From: Candidatus Didemnitutus sp.
Lineage (GTDB): Bacteria; Verrucomicrobiota; Verrucomicrobiia; Opitutales; Opitutaceae
NCBI GenBank assembly: GCA_041906465.1
Contig: JAYRJE010000015.1
Coordinates: 105,340 to 169,339, forward strand
Length of the DNA: 64,000 bases
Reading direction: 5' to 3'
Both the position numbers and the translations under genes were made by a program. Below are positions 45,901-54,400 of the stretch, one piece after another (within the stretch, counting starts at the first letter, position 1; every line of letters starts with the position of its first letter). The notes under the pieces are model-generated. The model saw nothing but the letters and a program-made list of their open reading frames with translations, had not been told where the DNA came from and ran no database searches.

Positions 45901-48196
45901 GCCACTCGGTCACGCGGCCGTCGCTGGTCATGCCTTGGAGGCTGCTCTGCGCGGCGGATGTGGCGAACATGCCGCATCCTTCCTCGCTGCGGGCACGCCG
46001 TTGCACCTGATTGCGCACAGTTTCGGCACCGTGGTGATCAGCGAGGCTGCGCGCCGGCTGGCCGCCGCGGATATCGAAGTGGATCAGCTGACCGTGCTCG
46101 ACCCTCACGATTTCGACGAGTTTTGGGTGCCGGTGGATGGCGACGCGCGATTGCCCAATGTGAATGTGTGGGAAAACGTGCGCTACGCGGACGACTATTT
46201 CGCCACGAAGGGTGGTGGTGCGTCGGACAATCCCCACGGGCGTGCGATCAATCATGCGCGCACGGAGGATCTCACCGATTTCGACGGGTTCTACAATGCG
46301 TGGTTCAATCACTCGCATTCCAACACGCACGGTTTCTATCACGGAACGGTCAATCCCGGCAGCGTTGGTGACAAGGTTGATGGTCTCGAAGTTCGCTCCA
46401 GCTGGTATTCCGGACGCAAGTCGGACGAATCGGTGGGCTTCACCACCTCTCGTCTCGGCGGACGATTTGGCCGTGGTGACTTTCCCACGCGCGACAGTGG
46501 CGTCGTGGACTACCGCGAACCCGAGCGCCTGCCCGATTCCGATACTGGCTCGCTCGGTCAGGTGAACGATGTGGTGACTTATCCCGAGCGGCCCATTTTC
46601 AACGGCGACTTTTCGCTCTACGACGCCGGTGAAATTGTCGCGCCGTGCACCGTGCCCGGCTTTCTCGGCGCCACCGAATTGCGCGGGCCGCTCCTGGAGG
46701 AAGTCGGCGGCGGCCAAGCCATGCTTTTGTCGTCGCCGCTGGTCGCGCTGACCCAGCCCGGGGACATGATGTTGTCGCGTGTGCGCACGGTGTTGACCTA
46801 CCTGCCGGCGACGGCGCGCCAGTTCTCGTTCCGTTTGCGGCGCGGCTATACATACGCTCCGAGCGCGAGTGATGACTACCTCGAAGTCGCCGTTTTGCGC
46901 GGCGGCACGCGTGAGCAGGTGCGTGAGCCGATCCGCGCTTCGCTGGTCGGCAACAGCGCGTTCGCCACCTACTATGCCGACGTCTCGCGTTACGCGGGAC
47001 AGGCTGTTCAATTTGAGTTTACGGTCACCGCGGGCGTGTTGGTCGGCGGGGTGGCGCCTGGTATTTCCGATTCGAATCTTTATCTCGACGACCTCGGACT
47101 GGTCACCTCCGACGACGCCACGGTGACCGTGACCGCAAGCCCCGCCAACGGCGGTTCGGTGCAGGGAGGTGGCACATTCACCGCCGGCACGACCATCACG
47201 CTGACCGCCACTGCCGGCGCCGGTTTCACTTTCGTGAATTGGAACGATGGCATGACCAGTGCGGTGCGCCAAATCACCGTTCCAGTCGGAGGCGCAAACT
47301 ACACCGCCAATTTCAGCGCCAACACTTTCCTGCTGTCGGTCGACGTTTCGCCGCGCAACGCCGGCACCGTGACGATAGCGCCGGCGAAGGCCCGCTACGA
47401 CTTCGGTGAGGTCGTCACGCTCAGTGCGCAACCGGCCACGAACAACGGTTTCTACAGCTGGACGGGAGACCTTTCGGGCACGAATCCCGTGACGACCCTG
47501 ACCATGTCAGCCGACAAAGCGGTTGGGGCGACTTTTTCGACGCTCGATGTGACACCGGCGCGGCGGCAGATCGCCGCCGGCGGAGGCGAACTCACCTGGC
47601 AAATCGCCGTCTCGCCTGGCACCCAGCCCGAGGTGGCGCTGGGCGCCCCGTGGCTCCGCGACGCGGTGATTGCGTCCACGGACGGGCAGAGCGGCTGGAG
47701 ACTGACGCTCGCTGCGGATGTCAATCCGGGTTCGGCACGCACGGGCTACGTTGACGTGGTCGCTCATGGTCTGTCGCGACGGCTCTCGCTGGACCAAGCG
47801 GCCGCCGCTTCCGGTTATCAGACATGGCTCACTGCCCACTTTGCTGCCGACGAAGTTCAACAGACCGCAATTAGCGGACCGGCTGCGGATCCGGACCGCG
47901 ATGGACTCTCCAATCTGCTTGAATACGCCTTTGGACTCGATCCGCGCTCGGTGAACGGAGCCATCCCGACCACATTGGAACTCACGTCTGGCGGATGGAC
48001 TCTAACCTATGCCCGCCCGGCGGATCGCGGCGATGTCGTTTTCACAGTGGAAACGTCGGCGGATTTGAAAAATTGGACCAATGCGGGAGTTTCCCACGTG
48101 CTCGTATCGACGGCCAACGGGGTCGAAACCTGGCGGGCCACTTACCCCGTGGATGGAGCCCCAAGCTGCTTCTTCCGCATCGTGGTTACGCGTTGA
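42923..48196 (+). CDS. Large secreted/surface protein (1757 aa): duplicated N-terminal modules, alpha/beta-hydrolase-like domain, InlB-B-type and BACON-like domains, shared C-terminal domain
   Basis: GTG start and signal peptide (...LFLWLAAPALAPA); 210-aa tandem unit; THG...HLIAHSFG...VLDPHD; 'VTVTASPANGGSVQGGGTF..G...TLTATAGAGFTFVNW' repeats; shared CTD. Confidence 0.82.
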   Translation: MNRPSPSVSAHTPALSQCRWSRVLLFLWLAAPALAPAAITGLSWRNSSASSSSVLSTVEAGQTVYARVNATNMSGQTVSVTVMEKDTFANDTIQTLSVTINSSGYGTAAWTAKWTDDGVGGGDPEYILRASGASDSAQLSVTDKTGPGAPALSSPSDAATVTASSVAFSWGASSDSASGSGFRDYTLEWANNSAFSSSTRRTGLTTTSYTDTVTADGTYYWRVYAYDKLGNATVSSPASRSFTRSTPRITGLSWRNGSSSSASTLSTIEAGQTVYVRVDATGMASSTVLVTILENDPISNDTIQTLSVTINSSGYGTAAWTAKWTDDGVGGGDPEYILRASGASDSAQLSVTDKTGPSAPALSSPSDAATVTASSVAFSWGASSDSASGSGFRDYTLEWANNSAFSSSTRRTGLTTTSYTDTVTADGTYYWRVYAYDKLGNSTVSSPASRSFIRLTPRITALSWRSAATTSAPTLASVRAGQTAVIRIDSVGMAGGNVSVSVYESDPLADDFVETINVPIGADGVGFANWAARWLDDGVGGGDPEFLLRVAGVADSALLTVTPSTGAIAASLRALSETQPDPARLSIMVEETGQEKFGAGIATPVRFEDLAPGTYHVTGKYQSQTGHTEYWSWKRSYTVAAGATTAAPLIRNLPYVRAVEFAAVDAAGAERILGAGDSVNPGSTVKARLLLANPTGSAAAVRWTLALDRLRDATNDVVRTGTTTIAGAATDTTVEATVSLSDLGSYSYFVTLETDLEGFRYTDSWSWNSSFGVFSVPPPQVSIWPLLPIALRTGESSTITIKVMHQQGDQMVNSSGASVQVFDAFVGATPIALPLTDANGETSYKVTASGRTVAVDATEDLAIRVVASRPGGGVAETTKRVRLHNPKFGVTAVTHGYLPGAGTAPGWLYDLAIAVLNRAGRGKLWLMSFEESGVTTLTRLSLTGAEQRATSEKFSPQFVEGSDASADASNPAKIGEQVIIYHWGTYANNTLASPLGHAAVAGHALEAALRGGCGEHAASFLAAGTPLHLIAHSFGTVVISEAARRLAAADIEVDQLTVLDPHDFDEFWVPVDGDARLPNVNVWENVRYADDYFATKGGGASDNPHGRAINHARTEDLTDFDGFYNAWFNHSHSNTHGFYHGTVNPGSVGDKVDGLEVRSSWYSGRKSDESVGFTTSRLGGRFGRGDFPTRDSGVVDYREPERLPDSDTGSLGQVNDVVTYPERPIFNGDFSLYDAGEIVAPCTVPGFLGATELRGPLLEEVGGGQAMLLSSPLVALTQPGDMMLSRVRTVLTYLPATARQFSFRLRRGYTYAPSASDDYLEVAVLRGGTREQVREPIRASLVGNSAFATYYADVSRYAGQAVQFEFTVTAGVLVGGVAPGISDSNLYLDDLGLVTSDDATVTVTASPANGGSVQGGGTFTAGTTITLTATAGAGFTFVNWNDGMTSAVRQITVPVGGANYTANFSANTFLLSVDVSPRNAGTVTIAPAKARYDFGEVVTLSAQPATNNGFYSWTGDLSGTNPVTTLTMSADKAVGATFSTLDVTPARRQIAAGGGELTWQIAVSPGTQPEVALGAPWLRDAVIASTDGQSGWRLTLAADVNPGSARTGYVDVVAHGLSRRLSLDQAAAASGYQTWLTAHFAADEVQQTAISGPAADPDRDGLSNLLEYAFGLDPRSVNGAIPTTLELTSGGWTLTYARPADRGDVVFTVETSADLKNWTNAGVSHVLVSTANGVETWRATYPVDGAPSCFFRIVVTR
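43188..44274 (+). repeat. Near-identical intragenic direct repeat (43188-43644 vs 43818-44274; period 630 bp)
   Basis: By-eye alignment of about 457 bp found roughly 11 mismatches, mostly synonymous. Confidence 0.92.
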
Positions 48197-48199
48197 GCA

Positions 48200-50188
48200 C
48201 TATTCGACCGGCGCCGCCGGAAACTGCACGCACGGCTTCGGCGGGAGCGGGGCGGATTCGTCGAGGTAGAAGCCGGGGTGCGGCGGCTGGTTGTAGGCGA
48301 CGTTCTGCCAGGCGATGCTGAGGCGGTATTGCGGGTCGTGCATCAGCGTGACGAGGCGATGCGTCGTCGGAATCGTCGACGTGTAGATGTGCAACGCGGC
48401 GTTGTCGCGCGTGCGCCAGATGACTTCCTCGCGCCAGTCGCCCCAGAGATCGACGCTGAGTGCCGGCGTGGATTTCGTGCCGTTGTTCGAGTCGCACTCT
48501 TCGGCGACGAGCAATGAGTCGAGCGCGCTGGTCTGCCAGTTCCATTTCACGATGCGGTTGCGATCGAGCAGTTCGTGCAGCAGGTCGCCATCCCAGAGGA
48601 TCCCGAAGTTGCACGGGAAACCGCGCGGGCGGCGTTCGAGGAACTTCTCGCCGCGCATCGTGTAGAGGCCGTCCATGCCGGAGCCGGCGGCCCAGACTTC
48701 GGCGCCGGGGAAGCGCGGGTCGATGTTGAACGCGTTGCCGCGACCCGGGCCTTCGCCTTTGTCGCCGCCCTCGGTGTCGGCCTTCACGGATGGCACGAGG
48801 AGAATCGGGCGACCGGTGCGCGCGTCGCGGACGTTGATGCCTTCCCCGGCGAAGCGCTCCTGGATGCTCATGATTTCGAGGCCGGGATTTTGCGGATCGA
48901 GATCGCCGACGTGGATCGCGTCGCCGTGGCCCCAGCCGGTCGAGTAGAGCCCCTTGCCGTCGTCATCGATCACGCACGCGCCGTAGATGATTTCGTCGCG
49001 GCCGTCGCCGTCGACGTCGGCGACGGAGAGGTTGTGATTGCCCTGGCCGCGAAACTTTTCGTTGCCGGGTGTGCCGTCGTCGGAGTCGAACACCCAGCGC
49101 GGCGTGAGCTTGCCGTCGCGCCAATCCCACGCGGCGAGCACGGCGCGCGTGTAGTAGCCGCGGCACATCACGATGCTCGGGTGCGTGCCGTCGAGGTAGG
49201 CGACGCCGGCGAGGAAACGATCGGAGCGGTTGCCTGAGCTGTCGCCCCACACGGCTTTCGCTTGCTCGGGCGTGGGATTGTCGGTGTCGGGATGGCGGCG
49301 CGGCGCGTAAGGCACGGTGGCGAGCGCGGCGCCGGTGCGGCCGTCGAACACGGTGAGATATTCCGGGCCGCGCAGGATGCGGCCCTCGAGGTGTGCGACG
49401 AGACCTTGGGGCGTGCGTGTGGCGCCGGTGGCATCGGGTGTCGGCACCGTGCCGCCGGCGGGCTCGCGCCAGTCGGCGTTTGCGTCGCCGATGATTTTGC
49501 TCGTGCCATCGACGCTGCCGTCAGCGGTCTTGCAGACGAACTCGGCGCGGCCATCGCCGTCGAAATCGTAGACGAGAAACTGCGTGTAATGCGCGCCTTC
49601 GCGGACGTTTTTGCCGAGGTTGATCGTCCAGAGGAGTTTTCCGTCGAGCGTGTAGGCCTGGAAGATCGGCGCGTCAGTCGGACCGGCTTGGGAATTGTCG
49701 CGCGCGCGGCCGGTTTGGTGGAGGACGATTTCGTAGCGACCATCGCCGTCGAGGTCGCCGACGGAGGCGTCGTTCGGCGTGTAGCCGTCGATGGGCTGGA
49801 GTTTGAGCGTGTGATACGGCGCGCGCGGCGTGCCGGCGGCGAGCGTGTAGCCGCGGTCAGCAATGGCGGCAGCGAGTTCCTGTCCGTTGACGATGGTGCG
49901 CACGGTGTAGGAGACGGATTGAGCGGCGGGCGCGGCATCGTCGACGAACCACGTGGCGCCGGTGAGCGGAGCGGCGTTCAGCCTCGTGGTTGCCGAGCCG
50001 GCCGTGCGGTAAACGTTGAACGCGACGCCGTCGGGATCAGACGCGAGCACGCGCCAGGCGACGTAGTTTTTTCCGTCGGATTGCGGCACGGCGACCACGC
50101 CGCGATCGAGACGTTCCATGATCGGCGTGGCGTGGACGCCAAGAAACAAACCAGCGAGCAGGGGAAGAAAGCGAAACGGGGAGTGCAT
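48200..50188 (-). CDS. Rhamnogalacturonan lyase, polysaccharide lyase family 11 (YesW/YesX-like)
   Basis: Signal peptide then MERLDRGVVAV; Y.PNDASVGDLDGDGRYEIV, GKNVREGAHYTQFLVYDFDGDGRAE, GNRSDRFLAGVAYLDG, SIVMCRGYYTR, GQGNHNLSVADVDGDGRDEI, GHGDAIHV, NNGTKSTP, DLWGDWREEVI, MHDPQYRLSIAWQNVAYNQPPHPGFYL. Confidence 0.95.
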   Translation of the reverse strand: MHSPFRFLPLLAGLFLGVHATPIMERLDRGVVAVPQSDGKNYVAWRVLASDPDGVAFNVYRTAGSATTRLNAAPLTGATWFVDDAAPAAQSVSYTVRTIVNGQELAAAIADRGYTLAAGTPRAPYHTLKLQPIDGYTPNDASVGDLDGDGRYEIVLHQTGRARDNSQAGPTDAPIFQAYTLDGKLLWTINLGKNVREGAHYTQFLVYDFDGDGRAEFVCKTADGSVDGTSKIIGDANADWREPAGGTVPTPDATGATRTPQGLVAHLEGRILRGPEYLTVFDGRTGAALATVPYAPRRHPDTDNPTPEQAKAVWGDSSGNRSDRFLAGVAYLDGTHPSIVMCRGYYTRAVLAAWDWRDGKLTPRWVFDSDDGTPGNEKFRGQGNHNLSVADVDGDGRDEIIYGACVIDDDGKGLYSTGWGHGDAIHVGDLDPQNPGLEIMSIQERFAGEGINVRDARTGRPILLVPSVKADTEGGDKGEGPGRGNAFNIDPRFPGAEVWAAGSGMDGLYTMRGEKFLERRPRGFPCNFGILWDGDLLHELLDRNRIVKWNWQTSALDSLLVAEECDSNNGTKSTPALSVDLWGDWREEVIWRTRDNAALHIYTSTIPTTHRLVTLMHDPQYRLSIAWQNVAYNQPPHPGFYLDESAPLPPKPCVQFPAAPVE

Positions 50189-50234
50189 GGTGGGAAGGTG
50201 AGCGCGCACGGGTTGGGGCTAAACAGCAGGAGGA

Positions 50235-50299
50235 ACCACGGATTTCTCGGATGGCACGGATGAAGCGCCTGGATCCGTGTGATCGGTGCAATCCGTGGT
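50235..50299. repeat. Intergenic inverted repeat with 9-bp-periodic arms (CACGGAT type)
   Basis: ACCACGGATTTCTCGGATGGCACGGAT (50235-50261), 11-nt spacer, ATCCGTGTGATCGGTGCAATCCGTGGT (50273-50299). Confidence 0.75.
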
Positions 50300-50455
50300 G
50301 GATGGCTTGAGCGGAATTGGGGTTGATCAGAAACGCCGCGGACGCGAGCGCGGGCGGAGCGGACCGTCAACCATCGAGGCTGCGCTTGCGACGCGCGGGC
50401 GAACGCGCTGGGATGCGGCTGTGATTCCGCCCGTGCAACGGCCCGACGCACCACG

Positions 50456-50578
50456 GTGGAGCGCATTGTCCTCAATGCGCTCGAGCGATCGTCCCGCGGC
50501 GAGAATTCGAGAACGCGTTGATGCGCCGGAGGCACACAAGGGGCTTGCCCGCCTCTGGCGGGTCAACGCGTTCCACCT
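50456..50578. repeat. Second inverted pair of the GTGG-footed REP-like family, one copy with an expanded loop
   Basis: GTGGAGCGCATTGTCCTCAATGCGCTCGA (50456-50484); GAACGCGTTGA (50511-50521) ... TCAACGCGTTCCACCT (50563-50578). Confidence 0.72.
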
Positions 50579-50639
50579 GCTACCGCCGCTCGCTCGAATC
50601 GTCATCGCCGTCGCGTTGTGGGCGTTGCCGTCGACGCCG

Positions 50640-51161
50640 ATGAGCGCGGCGGAGAACCTGGCGGACGTGCTGCGCGGCTTCCGGGTCGCACCGGCTGGAT
50701 TCGTGAGCGAGAACTTGCAGCGCGTCGCGGTTCCTTCGCCGAAGTCGCTCGTGCGCGAGTCGCGGCACGGCTATGCGGCGTGGGCGGCGGATGTTTTCTC
50801 GGCGGACGAACTCGCCGACGCGCGCTTGAGCGGGCCTGACGCCGTGCGTGCCGCGGATGGTCTGACGAATTTGGAAAAATACGCGCTCGGGCTCGATCCG
50901 CACGACGTGGCGCGCGCGGCTGACTTGCCCGAGAGCGGACAGCTCGATGACCACTGGTTTCTTTGGTATCGGCGTCCGAGCGACACCGACGACGTCGAGT
51001 ATCGCATCGAAGTTTCGACGGACGACGGCGCGACGTGGAGGAGCGGTGGCGTGACGCAGGAGCCGATCCTGGCGAACGACCTCGCCCAGTCCTGGCAGGC
51101 GCACTATCACGCGGCAGCGGGGCAGACGGTGCGCTGGCGGTTGGTGCCGCGACTGCGCTGA
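50640..51161 (+). CDS. Small protein consisting almost only of a diverged copy of the shared C-terminal domain (start uncertain)
   Basis: GYAAWAADVFSADEL...SGPDA...DGLTNLEKYALGLDP...W.L.YRRP....DVEYRIEVSTD...W..GGV...WRL aligns with the giant-protein CTDs. ATG at 50640, but a signal-peptide-like stretch (IVIAVALWALPSTPMSA) lies upstream in frame; alternatives are TTG 50616 and ATG 50475. Confidence 0.75.
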   Translation: MSAAENLADVLRGFRVAPAGFVSENLQRVAVPSPKSLVRESRHGYAAWAADVFSADELADARLSGPDAVRAADGLTNLEKYALGLDPHDVARAADLPESGQLDDHWFLWYRRPSDTDDVEYRIEVSTDDGATWRSGGVTQEPILANDLAQSWQAHYHAAAGQTVRWRLVPRLR

Positions 51162-51430
51162 GCAGCGCGCCTTTTCGCGATACGGTCGGGGCGGGGCAGC
51201 CTGTTTCCAGAAAAATCTTGCCGGCAATTGGGGGGATTTCAGCATGCGGGTTCGTCCATCGACAATGGGCCCACCAAATCGGGATGTTTTGGTGTGTCGG
51301 CGCGGCGAAACGACATTGCCATGGATCTTCCCCCGCCCCCGCCCTCCCGCGCGTCCCGCCGGACCGCGCGAAACCAAGAACGCGAGCGCGCTGACTTCCA
51401 GTGCGGCCCTGGAGTGTTGCCGCGCTGCCG

Positions 51431-54400
51431 ATGAGGACGGTGCGCTTCCCGTTCATCGCCGCCAAATGGGTGATGCTGGCGTGCGTAGTCTGGTCCGTTT
51501 CGCTGGCGGCAACGCCGCCGTCGACGAGCGTGATCGCGAGTGGCAGCTCCATCACCTTCGATGCCACGACCGAGGGAGCCACTTCCTACGGATGGTCGCG
51601 CAATGGTGAATATTTGGGGATTTCGAGCCCGCAGTTTGTGATCGAGAACGCGAGCGCGCTCCACGCGGGCTCCTATCAGGTGTCGATCGTCCATTCCACC
51701 GGGGTGAGTTACCGCATGTTCCATGTGCGGGTCGCGCGTTCGAATGTCGTGCAGGCGTGGGGGGATAATACCTTCGGGCAATGCGCCGTGCCGGCGGGAC
51801 TGCACGATGTGGTCGATCTCAGTGCGGGGCAGGATCACACCTTGGCGTTGCGGAGTGACGGAACGGTGGTCGCCTGGGGACGGAACGATCACGGGCAGTG
51901 CGCGGTTCCCGTGGGATTGAGCGGCGTCGTGCAGGTGGCTGCCGGTGCGGATCATAGTGTCGCGCTCAAAGCGGACGGCTCGGTCGTGGCGTGGGGATTG
52001 AACACCAGCGGGCAGTGCGCGGTGCCGGCGGGTCTCACTGGCGTGGGTTTCGTTGCCGCGGGCGGTGCCCACACGATTGCGCTCAAACACGACGGAACCG
52101 TGGTGGCGTGGGGCGACAACGCCTATGGGCAGACGGATATTCCCTATGCGATCCGTCCCCTCCGGACGATCTCGGCCGGTCTGACGCACAATGTTGCAAT
52201 CACTGACGTTGGTCGCGTGGTGGCGTGGGGGGACAATGAATCTGGGCAGTCGACCCCGTCGTGGGATACTTACGCCACGGCGGTGCACGCGGGCGAAAAG
52301 TTCACGGCTTACCTCAACTCCGGGCGACAGCTATGGTATTTTGGCAAGCTCGTGCCGGCGATGCCGTCGGGAAGCTACGCGGTCGCGCTTTCCGGTCGCG
52401 CGCGGCATGGCTTGGCGCTGCGGGCAGATGGCTCAGTCGTGGCCTGGGGGCCGAACGTCAGCGGAGAAGGCAGCATTCCGGCGGGGATTGGCAACGTGCA
52501 GCAGGTGGCGGCGGGCCGGGCGCACAGTGTGGTGGCGCTGTCGGGTGTTCCGCCCACGATCACGCTTCAGCCAGTGGCGCAAACGGCGGCGGAAGGTGAC
52601 TCGGTAGCCTTCACGGTCGCCGCGGGTGGCGCCGCCACTTACCAATGGCTGCATGAGGGAGTCGCGCTGACCGATGGTGGACGATTTGCCGGCACATCGA
52701 CCGCAACACTCACGATCAGCCCTGTGCAAGAGACCGACGCCGGCAGTTACACCGTGCGCATGGGCAATCCGTTTGGGGAGGTCACCTCGCAGCCCGCTCT
52801 GCTGGCGGTGCACCCTCTGATCGTGCGCGCTCAAGGAACGGCACTGGCCAACAGCGACGGCTCCCAGGTCACGTTGAGCGTGTCGGTGTCCGGGGTGGGG
52901 CCCTTCACCTATCAGTGGTATCGCGGCCAGTCGGGAGATACTTCAACTCCGGTGAACGGTGGCGTCTCGGCTACGCTCACGGTTGCACAGACAACGGCGG
53001 CGGACCCTTACTGGGTGCGAGTCTCCAATGGCATGGCGCAGGCGGACAGCGTCACGATTCCCGTGGGCAAATGGCAGGTGATCGATCCGGTGTTTGGTGC
53101 CTCGCCCCTCTACGCGGTCGCTTATGGCGGCGGAAACTATGTCGTGGTTGGGGGCTCGGTCGGATACTCGACGACGGGGCGGGAGTGGCAAGTGGGCGCC
53201 ATCGAATCGGGGGCGGATTTGCGCACCGTCGTGCACGACGGAACGCGCTTTGTCGCGGCGGGCACGGGCGGGCAGGTGTTCGTTTCCGGCGATGGGGCGC
53301 TATGGACGAAGTTGCGGGCGGCGGACGTGAATGCAGACACGGACCTGCCGCACGCGGCGGCCGTCGGCAATGGGACCGTGGTTTTCCTCGGTTTTCGTCA
53401 GGTGCTGACCTCGACGGATGGCACCGCCTGGGCCTGGCGGGTGATCAACGCCGATGGGCAGACGATCGTGCTCCGGTCGATCGCTTTTGGCGCCGGGCGC
53501 TTCGTCGCGGTGGGCGCAACCTCAGCCAACTTTGGATCTCCGTGCATTTTTTCCTCCCTCGACGGCGTGAATTGGACTCAGGCCACGGTGCCGCTCACCT
53601 CGCCGAATGGGTCCTACAAGCTCGGGGATTTGCAGCAGGTGCATTACCTGGGCGGACGGTTTGTGGCCTTGGGAATGCTGGCCTACTCCAGCAACTCGAA
53701 TTACGTGCTGAGTTCGACCGACGGCGTCACGTGGAGCACCGCGGTGGCGAGCAATCTCACGGTCTCTCCGGAATTCATGGCCCTGGGGAACGGCCAGCTG
53801 GTATCTGCGGATTTGCGCACCTCGGCGGATGGCATCACCTGGTCGGCGTCGCGGGGTAATTTGCCACCGGGCCATCCGCGGGGGCTCAGTTTCGGCAACG
53901 GCCTCTTCTTTTACCTGAGTTACGCGGACAACGACACTTATTCCTCGATCGCGACCTCGTCGGATCTGAGCAACTGGACGACGCGAACCGGATTCGGTGT
54001 TCCTGAGTATGTCGGCTACGGCAGCGGACGATTTGTGGGATTTGCGCGGGAGCGGACGGGTTATTCGCTGGATGGGCTGACTTGGACGGCGACGGATGGT
54101 TTGGGATACTCCGTCGCCACCGAAGATGTCTCCTACGGGAACGGCCTGTTCGTGGCGCGCGACACCACCGGAAGAAACGTCACACACTACACGTCGAGCG
54201 ACGGCATCACTTGGACGGCGCGCACCGCCGCGGCGCTCAATGGCACCCAGGTGTTCGCCACGATTCGCTACCTGAATGGCCAGTGGGTTGGCGTCAGCGC
54301 CGGCATCGGCATCCTGACCTCGCCGGACGCGGTGACGTGGACAAAATGCTTTGCCGACACCAACTACTACTATCGTGACATCGCTTATGGAGCGGGGCGG

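Noticed and set aside
387-50578. Possible CRISPR repeats among the palindromic 27-29-mers
   Set aside because: Only isolated inverted pairs, with no regularly spaced direct-repeat/spacer array and no cas genes.
51272-51294. CACCAAA-N9-TTTGGTG inverted repeat upstream of the 2064-aa gene
   Set aside because: A single 7-bp dyad with no second copy or cognate regulator evident; too weak to call.
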